From Balanoglossus misakiensis (taxonomy: Eukaryota > Animalia > Hemichordata), in assembly GCA_040954595.2 (NCBI GenBank), contig CM082590.2, forward strand, positions 124,001 through 188,000: DNA of 64,000 nucleotides, written 5' to 3'. Below the pieces are notes generated by a model that ran no database searches, was not told the DNA's origin, and was given only the letters and a program-made list of their open reading frames with translations. The position numbers and the translations under genes were made by a program. Position 1 is the first letter of the stretch; each line of letters opens with the position of its first letter. This document shows, piece by piece, positions 41,789 to 55,197 of the stretch.

Positions 41789-43890
41789 GTAAAAATGTCA
41801 GCTTACAGCTGTTGAAAGCCAAAGACTCAAATTGAGCATTGTGGCTTTTTAGGTCCCATTGGGACCTTATAGGATTGGTTGCATCTGTATCTATCTATGT
41901 ATGGATGTATGTCTGTCCGTCCGTCCACATCAAAAACGTGAAAACCACTGTGCATATCACCTCAATATTTTTATTTTGAGTCAACTGACCAATATTCAAA
42001 TGTTGACAGAAATATTTTCCGATTACCAACTTCCTGAGATAGAAAATCACTCAAGTTTACAGACGTACATAATAAACGATATGCAGCCTTTAAATCCTAT
42101 CATTCGGTATTTTGAGAAATTACAAAATAAAAGTTGATCCAACAATTTTAGAATGGGTGCAATATCGTGTCTACAAACATTACGTCCAATCCAAATGTTC
42201 AGCAAATTTTGCATTTGACACATTCAAAATAGTGGACTGCCTTTGCTTCCTTCCATATTTTATGCACAGCGTATAATCAGACTTTAGTTTTGTCCTGTCT
42301 TTTCACCCATTATTTGTTCTCTTTTCCTGATCTCCGACAGAGACTATGGTTGCCACCATCTTGTCCGTTGTTAGGACAGCATACTGCCTTATGGCACTGA
42401 CTATATACAATTATTGTAACCATAGTCTCTGGTTTGGCACATGGTAAATTTTATCAAAATTATTGCTGCGGGCCCTACATTTCCTTTGCAAAAGAATTAA
42501 AACTGCATTGTATAGCAAACGAAAATTCTGTAACTTCCCAAATCCTGATCTCAGGGTTTCAACATTTCTTGGAATTTCTTGAGTTTGTAAAATTTGCTGG
42601 AAAGTACTTGATTGTCCTACAAAATTGAAATTTGTCCTACAAAATTGAAATTTATCCTACAAAATTGATTTACCACCTGTGCTGTCTTAAAATGTCACTT
42701 GTCATAGAAAGCTTTATCAATTACTTCTGGAGAACAGCATTGCTGATTTTAAAAACTTGAAAACTGGTGAGAAAATTCTTGTAAACTTCTGGAATTTTAT
42801 GTTTGTGAACTACTGGTATGTAACTACAATAACAGGTTTCTTTCCTTGGGATCAGCTCACTCCATAACAATATGTTTTTGTTTTGTTTTTTTACATCAGA
42901 AACTGAAGTCTTACAGACTTTCCATGAACAGGTTTCTGTCATTCAAAGAGTTTCTGTTTGGTGGCTGCACACCATAGTACCAACAATGTTTAAAGTCAAC
43001 ACCAGCGACTACGTACGCAGGTAACAATTCAAGTTTGAGTTCAAAGCACTTGGAAAACATGGTTTGGTTGTACGTTGGTGAAGTTTCAAAGGCCGAGGAT
43101 TGTCTTATGCACATGTGCCTAATTTCGTGTATACAAACATTGCATCCAATCCATATGTTCTTCAAATTTTGCATTCAAAATGTGGACTGCCTTCGCTTCC
43201 TTCCATAATTCATGCACACCGTACAAGTAGACTTAAGTTTTGTCCCTTCTTTTCACCCAATTTGCTGTCTTTTCCCGATCTCTGACATAGAATATGTCGC
43301 CGCCATCTTGTCTGTTGTTAGGACAGCACACTGCCTTGTGGCATTGACTGTGTACATTTTTTGTAATCAGAGTCTCTGGTTCGGCACATGTGCATTAGAT
43401 GATTGTCGCCCTTTAAACCCCGGTGAGGGGTATAAAAGACCCCCCAAATCAGTGGCGAACCTTAATGCCATTTGACTGACAACAGACAACACCAACGATC
43501 TTGGCTCTATGAAAATCGGCCCAAACAGGTCCAAGCATAAAGAATTACACCACACAACGACAGAAGTTGGCTTTATAAACACACACAGCATAAAGTTATC
43601 GACGAAAAATACACGAGCTTTTGAAACAACGATGATTTTGGGAGAAATCTGGTTTCAGTGCTTTTCAGAAGCGTCCCTGGGAAACAATAACCACGCCATT
43701 CAAACAGCTGTCAATCGCATAGAGGTGTAAAGTGTTCAATTATTTTCTATGTACATGAGATCAATTACACAGTCATTATGCACGACGACCACTCCCAAAT
43801 AAACAACTATACAAACACACGTTAATCCGAATCCCCGGTCTTTCTGTCTTTACTTTAATACAAGAGTATTTGATATTTTGATATCAACAG

Positions 43891-45239
43891 ATACCAACCA
43901 CCACAGCTGGCGATTTCCAACCTGTACTGGAAGGGCTGGTTGCTTTTACTTGTTGTTTCAGCATTTAACCCGGCAAACATTGGTAAGTTTCAACTATGGA
44001 CTCACATTCAATCAAATTCAATGTTCATTGCTAAGACATCATTCTGTAGATAGTGTCACATCTTGTTTTCAAAATCACAGAAATGATTTGATTTCTCTCT
44101 TTCAGGCCACAAAGCATGGGAGGAGTATCCGATGTTGAAGTGTATGATGGAAATGTGTATGACAAAGTGAGTGCCTTATTATGTATATGGAACTTTGAGG
44201 GTGTCAGGGATTGTACTCAAAGAACTTGACTTAGAATTCAGTATAAATACATGTAGACGTGTCCCTGTCTGTATACAGACAAGACTTCACTTGTCATATC
44301 ATTTGCATTTATCCCTTTATTGATTTAGCTTGCCAAAATGGAGAAACAAGATATCTTGGAGTTTGAAAGTCATTTGGCAGCAGCCTCCACTCATATGCAT
44401 ATTGATGAGAGCACTAGTTTGTTGCTGGCTCAGTTAACAGGAATGGATCCACAGTAAGTTTGACTTTTTATTCAGTCAACATGCGCCCAGATAAACGATT
44501 TCACGTCTAGAAATTGGAACCTAGCACATCATAAGACCTAATTCTGTATTCTGTGGATTTTTGGACTACAGCTGGAAATTCTTGAGCGATCGCAATCTGA
44601 ACATACTGAAAAGCGTACAATCCGTTGGCTATACAATTTTAACGCTGTACTGCAGTAGTGGGCCGATGATGTGATTTTAATCTACGAGTTTCAAGTCTTG
44701 TGAAATAATGTGGCCTCACATATCTATAACCCAACAAAATTGCATCTGATTTTGATATTACATGACGCTCTGTTGAGATAGTCCACTGATTCAGCACATT
44801 CTCAAAAATAGTTCTGGGCACACAGTGAAAATCTGTTTCTGTATTTTCACCAGTGAAAATACAAGCTCATATCTTCACCGTTAGAACAATAGCACAGTGG
44901 CAAATGCAGGCGTTGCATGTATGATAAATTGACAGTCTTAGGACCATCAAAAGAGCATTTATGCACAGGGACTGTTTTGAAAGCAATGGTTCAAACAGAC
45001 TTTAAAAATAAGTACCAACACATGAACACAGCTGGAATATACTGGGTTTCCAAACCCCCATTGTGGCAACCGGAATGTCTGATACCTGTCCTTGATTTCT
45101 TCCTCACAGTGGTGTTGCAAGAAGACTGCCCTCACAGGTCATGGAACAGTTGAAGAATCTCAACCAAACCTTGAAGATCGGTCATTTGCTGTGCAGAAGC
45201 TGAGGACCAGACTTCCTCCTGGATGTCATCCAACGTCAG
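43891..45239 (+). pseudogene. INTS1: INTS1 4-exon fragment, unit B3
   Basis: Near-identical to B1, with the same TGA. Confidence 0.9.
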
Positions 45240-46111
45240 GTAAAAATGTCAGCTTACAGCTGTTGAAAGCCAAAGACTCAAATTGAGCATTGTGGCTTTT
45301 TAGGTCCCATTGGGACCTTATAGGATTGGTTGCATCTGTATCTATCTATGTATGGATGTATGTCTGTCCGTCCGTCCACATCAAAAACGTGAAAACCACT
45401 GTGCATATCACCTCAATATTTTTATTTTGAGTCAACTGACCAATATTCAAATGTTGACAGAAATATTTTCCGATTACCAACTTCCTGAGATAGAAAATCA
45501 CTCAAGTTTACAGACGTACATAATAAACGATATGCAGCCTTTAAATCCTATCATTCGGTATTTTGAGAAATTACAAAATAAAAGTTGATCCAACAATTTT
45601 AGAATGGGTGCAATATCGTGTCTACAAACATTACGTCCAATCCAAATGTTCAGCAAATTTTGCATTTGACACATTCAAAATAGTGGACTGCCTTTGCTTC
45701 CTTCCATATTTTATGCACAGCGTATAATCAGACTTTAGTTTTGTCCTGTCTTTTCACCCATTATTTGTTCTCTTTTCCTGATCTCCGACAGAGACTATGG
45801 TTGCCACCATCTTGTCCGTTGTTAGGACAGCATACTGCCTTATGGCACTGACTATATACAATTATTGTAACCATAGTCTCTGGTTTGGCACATGGTAAAT
45901 TTTATCAAAATTATTGCTGCGGGCCCTACATTTCCTTTGCAAAAGAATTAAAACTGCATTGTATAGCAAACGAAAATTCTGTAACTTCCCAAATCCTGAT
46001 CTCAGGGTTTCAACATTTCTTGGAATTTCTTGAGTTTGTAAAATTTGCTGGAAAGTACTTGATTGTCCTACAAAATTGAAATTTGTCCTACAAAATTGAA
46101 ATTTATCCTAC

Positions 46112-46736
46112 TGTAGAATCTGAAAATCCTACAGCCTATGGTCCCCGACAGATACACAACGAGATACACGTATTGTTGACCTCGTTTAATAATATAAATA
46201 CGTACGGTTCTGGAAATAAATTACAGGTACAATAAATTCAAGGAAATTATAACAATGTCAAAACCGGCATAGAAATGTTAAGCACGGCAGCAATAAATGT
46301 GTACAATACATCAAGTATTCACTAAAGAAAATAGTCAGAAATTATCTCGAAATGCAAACGTTCTGAAGTTGAAGAATATAATTCGGCAGAAAGTGCCACG
46401 TCACCATCCAGTTGTCTGCAGAGTAAAATGCCACGTCACCATCCAGTTGTCTTTAGACTAAAATAAATTCGTATACGACCGGAAAACAACTCACCTCGGA
46501 TTGTGAAATTTCGGGGGCGATAGTTACAGCACGCTCACAACTAATTGTTAACTACAGCAAATTAGTAGGCCGTGCGGACAGGAACACAGTAGTGTTCAGT
46601 AAAACGAAAGGGAAAAACTGGCCACTGGAAGGGCCTAAGCTTAAATAGCTACGAACAATTTGCATATTAGGCCACATCCGCGCACTAGCAGTACACCTGC
46701 TTTTTGAACAGCCAATGAGCAGAGCTTGCAGTAATA
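46112..46736 (-). repeat. 3' LTR (625 bp)
   Basis: Matches 53338-53962; preceded on the minus strand by PPT-like ttttggggccggta. Confidence 0.96.
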
Positions 46737-46970
46737 TACCGGCCCCAAAAAGCGCACCATTCAAGGAGCATTTTTTAAATCTATTTATCTGCAAGATCTG
46801 GAATAGATCAGAACAAAAAACGTTAATTTCATAAACAAGAAATTCACAAAATGCACATACTTTGATCTATTATTTTACGCGATACTGAATTCATAAACTG
46901 CTTTCAAAATCTTGAATTTTAAGTTGAAATTAGGTGTACTCTCGTAAAATTTGATTCAAACAGAGTTTAC

Positions 46971-49900
46971 TCAAACGGCTCCTTCCAACAAACACAACTT
47001 TCTGACATCCCTACGAAGTTGGCCAGTCGCAGTTTTCACGATGACTTGTCGTGTATTGCCGAATTTGTCTGGAAAGGTCTGTTCTATGACACCTTTGGAC
47101 CAGTGACCTCTGGGCTGGTTCTCATCCACGATGATCACAAGATCTCCAGCAACCAGATTTCGTTTCGGTCGTAACCACTTTTGTCGTTGCTGAAGTGACG
47201 GAAGATATTCTTGGATCCATCGTTGCCAAAATACGTCTGCCATTTTCTGAGCTTGCTTACGATGGTCACGATGCATTGTAACAGCCAGTAGATCACTTGA
47301 AGTGCATGGATTAGGTCGTAATAGCAATAAACTATTAGGGGTGAGAACCTCGAGGTCATTGGGGTCGTCTGACTGCTGTACCAATGGTCTGTCGTTCAGT
47401 ATCTTTTCGACCTCAGTCAGTAAGGTGAGTAGTGTTTCGTCGTCAACCAGCTGGTTACCCATTAGCGATCGAAGGATTTTTCTGACAGACCGGATCATCC
47501 TCTCCCACGCTCCGCCTGTGTGACTAGCTGCTGGTGGGTTGAAATTCCATTGAATATTCTTCTGTCTTAGAACATCTGTAATTCTCTCTTAGTTCCATTT
47601 TTGCAGAGCTTCCTTCACTTCTGCTTCTGCTCCACGAAAGTTGGTTCCGTTATCACTATACAGAGATGATGGTGGTCCACGGCGACTGACGAACCTCCAA
47701 ATAGCTTGTATAAATGAGTCAGTAGATAGGCTGTGAGATACTTCTATGTGGACTGCTCGCATAGCTAGACATGTGAAGATGCATCCATACCTCTTTGCTG
47801 TTCCTCTTCTCCATTTCACTAACAGAGGGCCAAAATAGTCAATGCCGACTGACGAAAAAGGCGATTCACCTGGCGTCACTCTGGATACCGGAAGGGGCGC
47901 CATAACTTGCGTACTTGGAGTTGCATTCCAACGCCTGCAGGTTATGCACTTTGCAATCACACGTCTGACAGTGGCTAGACCTCTTGTGATCCAGAACTCT
48001 TTTCTGATGAGAGACAGAACATGATTGGCTCCCACGTGACCTTCTTGCTTGTGGTAATGCCGGATTATCATCTCTGTTACATGATGACTGTGAGGTAGAA
48101 TCATTGGGTGCTTCGATGCCAGGCTTATTGGCGCGTTAATCAGTCTTCCTCCAACATGAAGTATACCTTCCATGAAGACTGGACTCAGCTTTCGGATAGG
48201 ACTGATGTATCCTTCGCTGTCTGGTTTTCCACTGGACGGTTTCACTGATGATACTTCTTTAGGAAATGCTTTCTTCTGGACCAACTTCACAATTTCTTTG
48301 GTTGCTGTAGCGAGTTCTAGCACGGTAAGAGGGCCATAGATGAGTTTGTCCTCCTTGGAATTACCATATTTGGCATACATGTATTGCTTATATCGCAGTA
48401 ACCACGCAAATGACTTCTGTAGCTGGTACCAACTGGAAAATCTGTGCAGCAAGGCCTCTAGAGGGTCTTGGTCTTCAGGACTGTTTTTCTGGAAGGTCGC
48501 ACAAACCTTTGCTTTCTTCAATTCCTTGTCATTCATCGGGATCTCTGGCAAGTCGTCTGGTTGGGTTGGCCAGCAGGACTGTGCTTGCCACAGAAAGTGT
48601 GGCCCCTGAAACCATAGTTGTACTTCCTTCTGATCGGGTTTACTAAGTTGTACTCCACGTGATGCATGATCGGCTGGATTGAGGTCGGACGGAACATGAT
48701 ACCATTGGTCTGGTGTCGTTGCATCATGAATCACCTGAAGTCTGTTTGACACGAAGGTTTGAAATCTTCTAGTCGAATTGTGGATATATTGCAATACAAT
48801 GGTGGAATCGGTCCAGAACTGTTCTCTATGGATTGGTAGTTGTAGTTCTTCTTTCAGTTGTTTGCTGATTCTCACACCCACTGTCGCAGCTGTCAGCTCT
48901 AGTCTTGGGATGGTCATGGTCTTCAAGGGGGCAACTCTTGACTTTCCCATGATTAGACAGCAGTGGATACGATCGTTGACATCTATTAAGCGTAGATACG
49001 ACGCGACACCATATCCATGTGTAGACGCATCGGAGAAGTGGTGTAGCTCCACACTTTGAACTTTTCCAAAATTCGAAGGTTTATAACATCTGGGTATTGT
49101 GATCTCTTTGAGCAATGATATTCCTTTGTACCATTTTTGCCATACATCAAGGTATTCATCCTGCACATCATCATCCCAGCTGTATCCGATTCTGCATAAT
49201 TCCTGCAGGATCTGTCTGGCTGGTAGAACGAATGGAGCAGCAAATCCAAGTGGGTCGTATATTGAAGCTACCACAGAAAGCATTCCTCTTCGCGTCAGTT
49301 TCTGCACTTCTTTGCCAATTCGAAACTTGAGAGCATCCTCCTCAACGTCCCATTGAACACCCAACGCTCGGTCTTGAGGTAGATCCTCCAGGTCCAGGTT
49401 CTTGACTGAAGGGGCTCTTTCAGTGGCTGGAATCGAGGCTAACACTTCTCTGCAGTTAGAAATCCACTTCATTAGCTGGAAGCCTCCTCGTTGCAACAAA
49501 GATGTTATGTCTCCGATGAATTTCTTCGCTTCATTGGTCGACTGAAGCGACTTCAAACAGTCATCAACATAAAAGTTTCGATAAACAGCGTCGATGATTT
49601 CTGGATCAAAATGGCACCTGTTGTCGTCTGCTGTTCTTCTGAGAGCATATGATGCGCAGCTTGGAGATGATGTAGCACCAAAGAGATGAACTAACATCTG
49701 ATGTTCTGCAGGAGGTCCTGACAAGTCACCACCAGGCCACCACAGGAATCGAAGCGCATCACAATCAGCTGGCTCGACGCGCACTTGATGGAACATTTGT
49801 TTGATGTCAGCTACCACGGCAACTGACTCTTGTCGAAATCGAAGGAGGACTCCTAATAATGAATTGGTCATGTCTGGTCCTTGCAGGAGCTGACTATTGA

Positions 49901-52900
49901 GAGATGTACCACCATACTGGGCTGCACAATCAAACACAACTCTGCATTTGTCGGGTTTGTGGGGGTGAGTGACCGGATGGTGAGGTAAATACCATACGGG
50001 TTTGGCTTCGGCAACTTCACTTTCATTTGGGATTCGTCTTGCGTGGCCTTGAGCAATGTAGTCTTCCATAGTTGCTGAATACTTCTCAAGAAGACTGGGA
50101 TCCCTCTGGAGACGTTTCTCGAGAGAATACAACCTCTTCTCTGCAGACTGTCTATTATTTGGTAAGGTAGGTGTATCATAGCGCCATGGAAGTTTCAGTT
50201 GATAATGCCCATTTTGTAAGCGAGCAGAATGATCCATGATGGCTTTAGCTCTTCTATCTTCAAGAGACATACATTCTTTGGTATCATATAGTGATTCAGT
50301 AAAATCAGCATTATACAGTTGTCGTAGCATTAAGGCAATGGACTCTTCATACTGCACTGGAGTTTCCAAAGTTAAGGCTTGATGCATATTCATGAAGTTG
50401 ATGTTGGCACCAGATTTCTCAGTTCCGGTCATCGGTCCGATGAGTGTCCATCCCAAAAGTGTTCGTACTGCATACGGCTGCTTTCGTCCTCCTCGTCTTT
50501 CTTCAAGGACCCAATGAGCTTCCGGTATGTCGTTGCCTATTAAGATGGTAACTTCTTTGTTCTTCAACTCGTCCAGCCGAACACCTTTCAAGTGAGACCA
50601 CCTCTTGGTCTCGCTGGCAGATGGAATACTTCTTTCTGTTATTGGCAGTTTGTCTGTTGTCCAAACCTTGTCGAGATGAACAACCTGGGAATCATCTAAG
50701 GATTTCAGATCAAGTTGTACTTCTAGTCCGTGTTTACGTTTCTCAGCATTCAAAGTTGACAACGTATAGTCGACTGATTTCCCTGAGATCTGTAATTTGT
50801 CTATCAGACTATCCAGACAAATTGTAGTATCAGAACCGCTGTCGATAAAGGCATACGTTTCTACTTCTGGTCCACCATTTGGACTGCTGACTTTGACAGG
50901 AACCACTTGGAAACTAATGCGAGGTCTATTGGTTCTAACAGCTCCGCAACTGGCTTTATCTGCGACCCCATAGCTTGAGTCAGAGTTTTCTGCATTCTCT
51001 CTTCTCACCAAGTGATCCGATGTGTTGGGTAGTGACGTGTAGCTTGCTGGCCGTGTACTTTGATTGACCCTTTCAGCTTGACGAGACCCTGATCGGAAAG
51101 TGGGATGTAGAAGTGGGTGGTGGCGTCTTCCACAATTGGTGATAGGACAGAACCAACCGGATTTGCAATTCCTGGCAAGATGTGAAGGAGTTATTTCTAA
51201 ACAGTTGAAACAGACATTGTATTTTCTGGCAAAATCCCTTTTTTCGTCGTATGACTTTCCAGCAAACCTCCGACATCTTTCCAGTTTGTGTTGTTCTTTA
51301 CAGAATAAGCATCCAACATCTTTGTTTGGTTTGTTGTCTATGGTGTAGGACTGAGTTCGGCGTGTTTCGGATGATTTTATTCCAACATTACCGTTACTCC
51401 CCTGTGTAGTTAGTGTTGTAACTTTCATTGATTGGTTCAGTCGGCCTTTTGTCCTTAGTTTCATGTCCTTCTCGCCGTCTGGTCTGGCGCCAATCAATTT
51501 TCCGAATCTGGTATTTGCTATTGCTGCTCTGTTCTCCAAGAAGTTCGTGAGATCCACAAACTCGGGTTCGGTTCCTGAATATATCAACTTGCCGGCTTCC
51601 TTTGCCCAATCAGCTTGCAAGTAGGTTGGTAGGCGCTTGACTATCTTTTCTAGGGTATCCATGGAATTGATATCGGCTCTGTAACTCAACATTGTTGCAC
51701 TCAGATGACAGCTCTTCATATCTCGAGCAAGTTGCATTATCTTATCTGGCTCAGACGGCTTCAGCTGTGGTCCTTTAACAACCTTGTCCATTGTAGCACG
51801 GATGACGAGATGTTTTTGACCAAAGTTCAGTTGCAAGATTTTCCTGGCTTCTGCGTAACCTTGATCCGGTGGCAAGATGACACAGTTCTTTATTGCATCT
51901 TTCGCTGGACCTTGACAATATTGAATCAGGTAGGCCAATCTGGTGTTGTCATCCTGGACTTGTCGTTCTACATTCACTTCGAAGTTCTTGATGAAGGTTG
52001 GATAAGAAACCGGGTCACCATCAAATGTCAGGTATTCACGCTTTGGCATACTGAGATTTAATGCAAGGGCTTGCATAGTTTGGTTCTGATGTTGGAGCAT
52101 GCACTCGATGATAGTCTGTTGATTTTCATGTGACTGTCCAACAGCTGATCTGTTCCCACCAACATTACCTCTATTGAGTGGTTGCCATTCTTCAGCATCA
52201 GGATTTAAGACGTGTGCAGGGTCTTCTTGCTCATGACAAACCGGCCGATTTTCCTGACCTCTCTCAGAAGATAATGGCTTTCGTTTGGTTATCTCTGGAC
52301 CAACGGATTGAAGTGGTGGATCCAAATGCTGATACGACTGGAAATATCGGTTTATCTGGTCTATATTATGGGACGCCTTCGTTCCACGGGATATGCTTGA
52401 CTTGCAATCTGATAAGTCTTCTACCATTTGGGCCTCCATTTCGGCTAGTCTCACCTTTTGTTGAGCTTCAAGGATTCTCAATTCCTGTAGTTGCTTCACC
52501 TTTTCCAATTCCAGCTGGGCTTGCAAAATATTTCGCTTGGCAATCTTCGATTCGCAGCTTTGGTTGGACGCGGAGAAGTTTTCACCTTGTCGTACTTTAC
52601 AACTTCCCTGGTCCCTCTCTGCACCAGATGTAGTTACGATTGGTTTATTTTCATGGGGGTCAGGAAAATCTTGTAGTGAATCCTTACCGTCTTCATGTAG
52701 TCGGCGTGAAACTGCACACACGTTTTCTCTAATGGGTTGGTCAATAATGGTACTTGCCGGTACATCTCCTGTGGGCTCGTTCGTAGACTTCCCGCCTTGG
52801 TACGTGATAGTTCGCCTTTGAACGACTTCTTGGGGAACTAAACCATGAGTTAACATCCAACTTCTGAGGCGCTGGTCCAAATATTCTTTTCTTCTAAGTT

Positions 52901-53279
52901 CTGCTTCATACTCAAGTTCACAACTTTCTCTCTCTTCGTGGAGAAGATATTGCTTGTATTCGGAGCATGAATTGTGATAGCAGCTGAACAATCTGTCCAA
53001 ATTACGACATTTACGTTGCACATCTTCGTAGTCGGTAGTGGTCATCAACAAGGCTTCTATTTCCATATAACCTCTAGTCATGTGACCACGGTAAGCAATT
53101 GCTGATCTCTTAAGTTTTTTGAGATAGTCAATTGACTTACCTTCTGCCCTCGAGTAGCTGGTCTGGTTCATCTCTTCCGATTGCTTCGAAGAAATAGAAC
53201 TACCACTACGGGACTGTTCGGCGTGGTCGGCATCTGGCGCTGTTACTAGTTGAAGATGACTACCGTCTTTCGCTGCCAT
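46971..53279 (-). CDS. BEL/Pao gag-pol polyprotein (Gag Zn-knuckles, aspartic protease, RT, Pao RNase H, integrase), ~2102 codons, interrupted by one in-frame TAA at 47589-47591
   Basis: CLFC...H/CFNC...H/CPITNC..HH knuckles, AFIDSGS protease, FYVDD RT, HHFSDAS RNase H, HHCC and GIDYFGP/SDNGTNF integrase. The 175-aa ORF 46971-47498 is in the same frame (618 nt offset); the linker reads [33 protein letters not shown]. Confidence 0.96.
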
Positions 53280-53337
53280 AGCTGGGCTTGAAAGATTTCA
53301 CTGGATCTTGCACAAGTAGTTCGAAATCCGAGAACTA

Positions 53338-53962
53338 TGTAGAATCTGAAAATCCTACAGCCTATGGTCCCCGACAGATACACAACGAGATACACGTATT
53401 GTTGACCTCGTTTAATAATATAAATACGTACGGTTCTGGAAATAAATTACAGGTACAATAAATTCAAGGAAATTATAACAATGTCAAAACCGGCATAGAA
53501 ATGTTAAGCACGGCAGCAATAAATGTGTACAATACATCAAGTATTCACTAAAGAAAATAGTCAGAAATTATCTCGAAATGCAAACGTTCTGAAGTTGAAG
53601 AATATAATTCGGCAGAAAGTGCCACGTCACCATCCAGTTGTCTGCAGAGTAAAATGCCACGTCACCATCCAGTTGTCTTTAGACTAAAATAAATTCGTAT
53701 ACGACCGGAAAACAACTCACCTCGGATTGTGAAATTTCGGGGGCGATAGTTACAGCACGCTCACAACTAATTGTTAACTACAGCAAATTAGTAGGCCGTG
53801 CGGACAGGAACACAGTAGTGTTCAGTAAAACGAAAGGGAAAAACTGGCCACTGGAAGGGCCTAAGCTTAAATAGCTACGAACAATTTGCATATTAGGCCA
53901 CATCCGCGCACTAGCAGTACACCTGCTTTTTGAACAGCCAATGAGCAGAGCTTGCAGTAATA
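53338..53962 (-). repeat. 5' LTR (625 bp) with candidate promoter motifs
   Basis: No difference from the 3' LTR by eye. Contains CCAAT, octamer ATGCAAAT, TATA-like tatttaa, a duplicated 24-bp motif with TGACGTGG, and ATTAAA near the 3' end. Confidence 0.96.
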
Positions 53963-55197
53963 CCTACAAAATTGATTTACCACCTGTGCTGTCTTAAAAT
54001 GTCACTTGTCATAGAAAGCTTTATCAATTACTTCTGGAGAACAGCATTGCTGATTTTAAAAACTTGAAAACTGGTGAGAAAATTCTTGTAAACTTCTGGA
54101 ATTTTATGTTTGTGAACTACTGGTATGTAACTACAATAACAGGTTTCTTTCCTTGGGATCAGCTCACTCCATAACAATATGTTTTTGTTTTGTTTTTTTA
54201 CATCAGAAACTGAAGTCTTACAGACTTTCCATGAACAGGTTTCTGTCATTCAAAGAGTTTCTGTTTGGTGGCTGCACACCATAGTACCAACAATGTTTAA
54301 AGTCAACACCAGCGACTACGTACGCAGGTAACAATTCAAGTTTGAGTTCAAAGCACTTGGAAAACATGGTTTGGTTGTACGTTGGTGAAGTTTCAAAGGC
54401 CGAGGATTGTCTTATGCACATGTGCCTAATTTCGTGTATACAAACATTGCATCCAATCCATATGTTCTTCAAATTTTGCATTCAAAATGTGGACTGCCTT
54501 CGCTTCCTTCCATAATTCATGCACACCGTACAAGTAGACTTAAGTTTTGTCCCTTCTTTTCACCCAATTTGCTGTCTTTTCCCGATCTCTGACATAGAAT
54601 ATGTCGCCGCCATCTTGTCTGTTGTTAGGACAGCACACTGCCTTGTGGCATTGACTGTGTACATTTTTTGTAATCAGAGTCTCTGGTTCGGCACATGTGC
54701 ATTAGATGATTGTCGCCCTTTAAACCCCGGTGAGGGGTATAAAAGACCCCCCAAATCAGTGGCGAACCTTAATGCCATTTGACTGACAACAGACAACACC
54801 AACGATCTTGGCTCTATGAAAATCGGCCCAAACAGGTCCAAGCATAAAGAATTACACCACACAACGACAGAAGTTGGCTTTATAAACACACACAGCATAA
54901 AGTTATCGACGAAAAATACACGAGCTTTTGAAACAACGATGATTTTGGGAGAAATCTGGTTTCAGTGCTTTTCAGAAGCGTCCCTGGGAAACAATAACCA
55001 CGCCATTCAAACAGCTGTCAATCGCATAGAGGTGTAAAGTGTTCAATTATTTTCTATGTACATGAGATCAATTACACAGTCATTATGCACGACGACCACT
55101 CCCAAATAAACAACTATACAAACACACGTTAATCCGAATCCCCGGTCTTTCTGTCTTTACTTTAATACAAGAGTATTTGATCTTTTGATATCAACAG

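Larger units (their letters stand above)
46112..53962 (-). mobile_element. Full-length BEL/Pao LTR retrotransposon, 7851 bp, 5-bp TSD CCTAC
   Basis: 625-bp direct LTRs; TSD at 46107-46111 and 53963-53967; empty site present in other units; gag-pol with BEL domain order. Confidence 0.98.

Noticed and set aside
46971-47498. Separate second ORF or env gene in the retrotransposon
   Set aside because: It is the in-frame integrase C-terminus after a premature stop.
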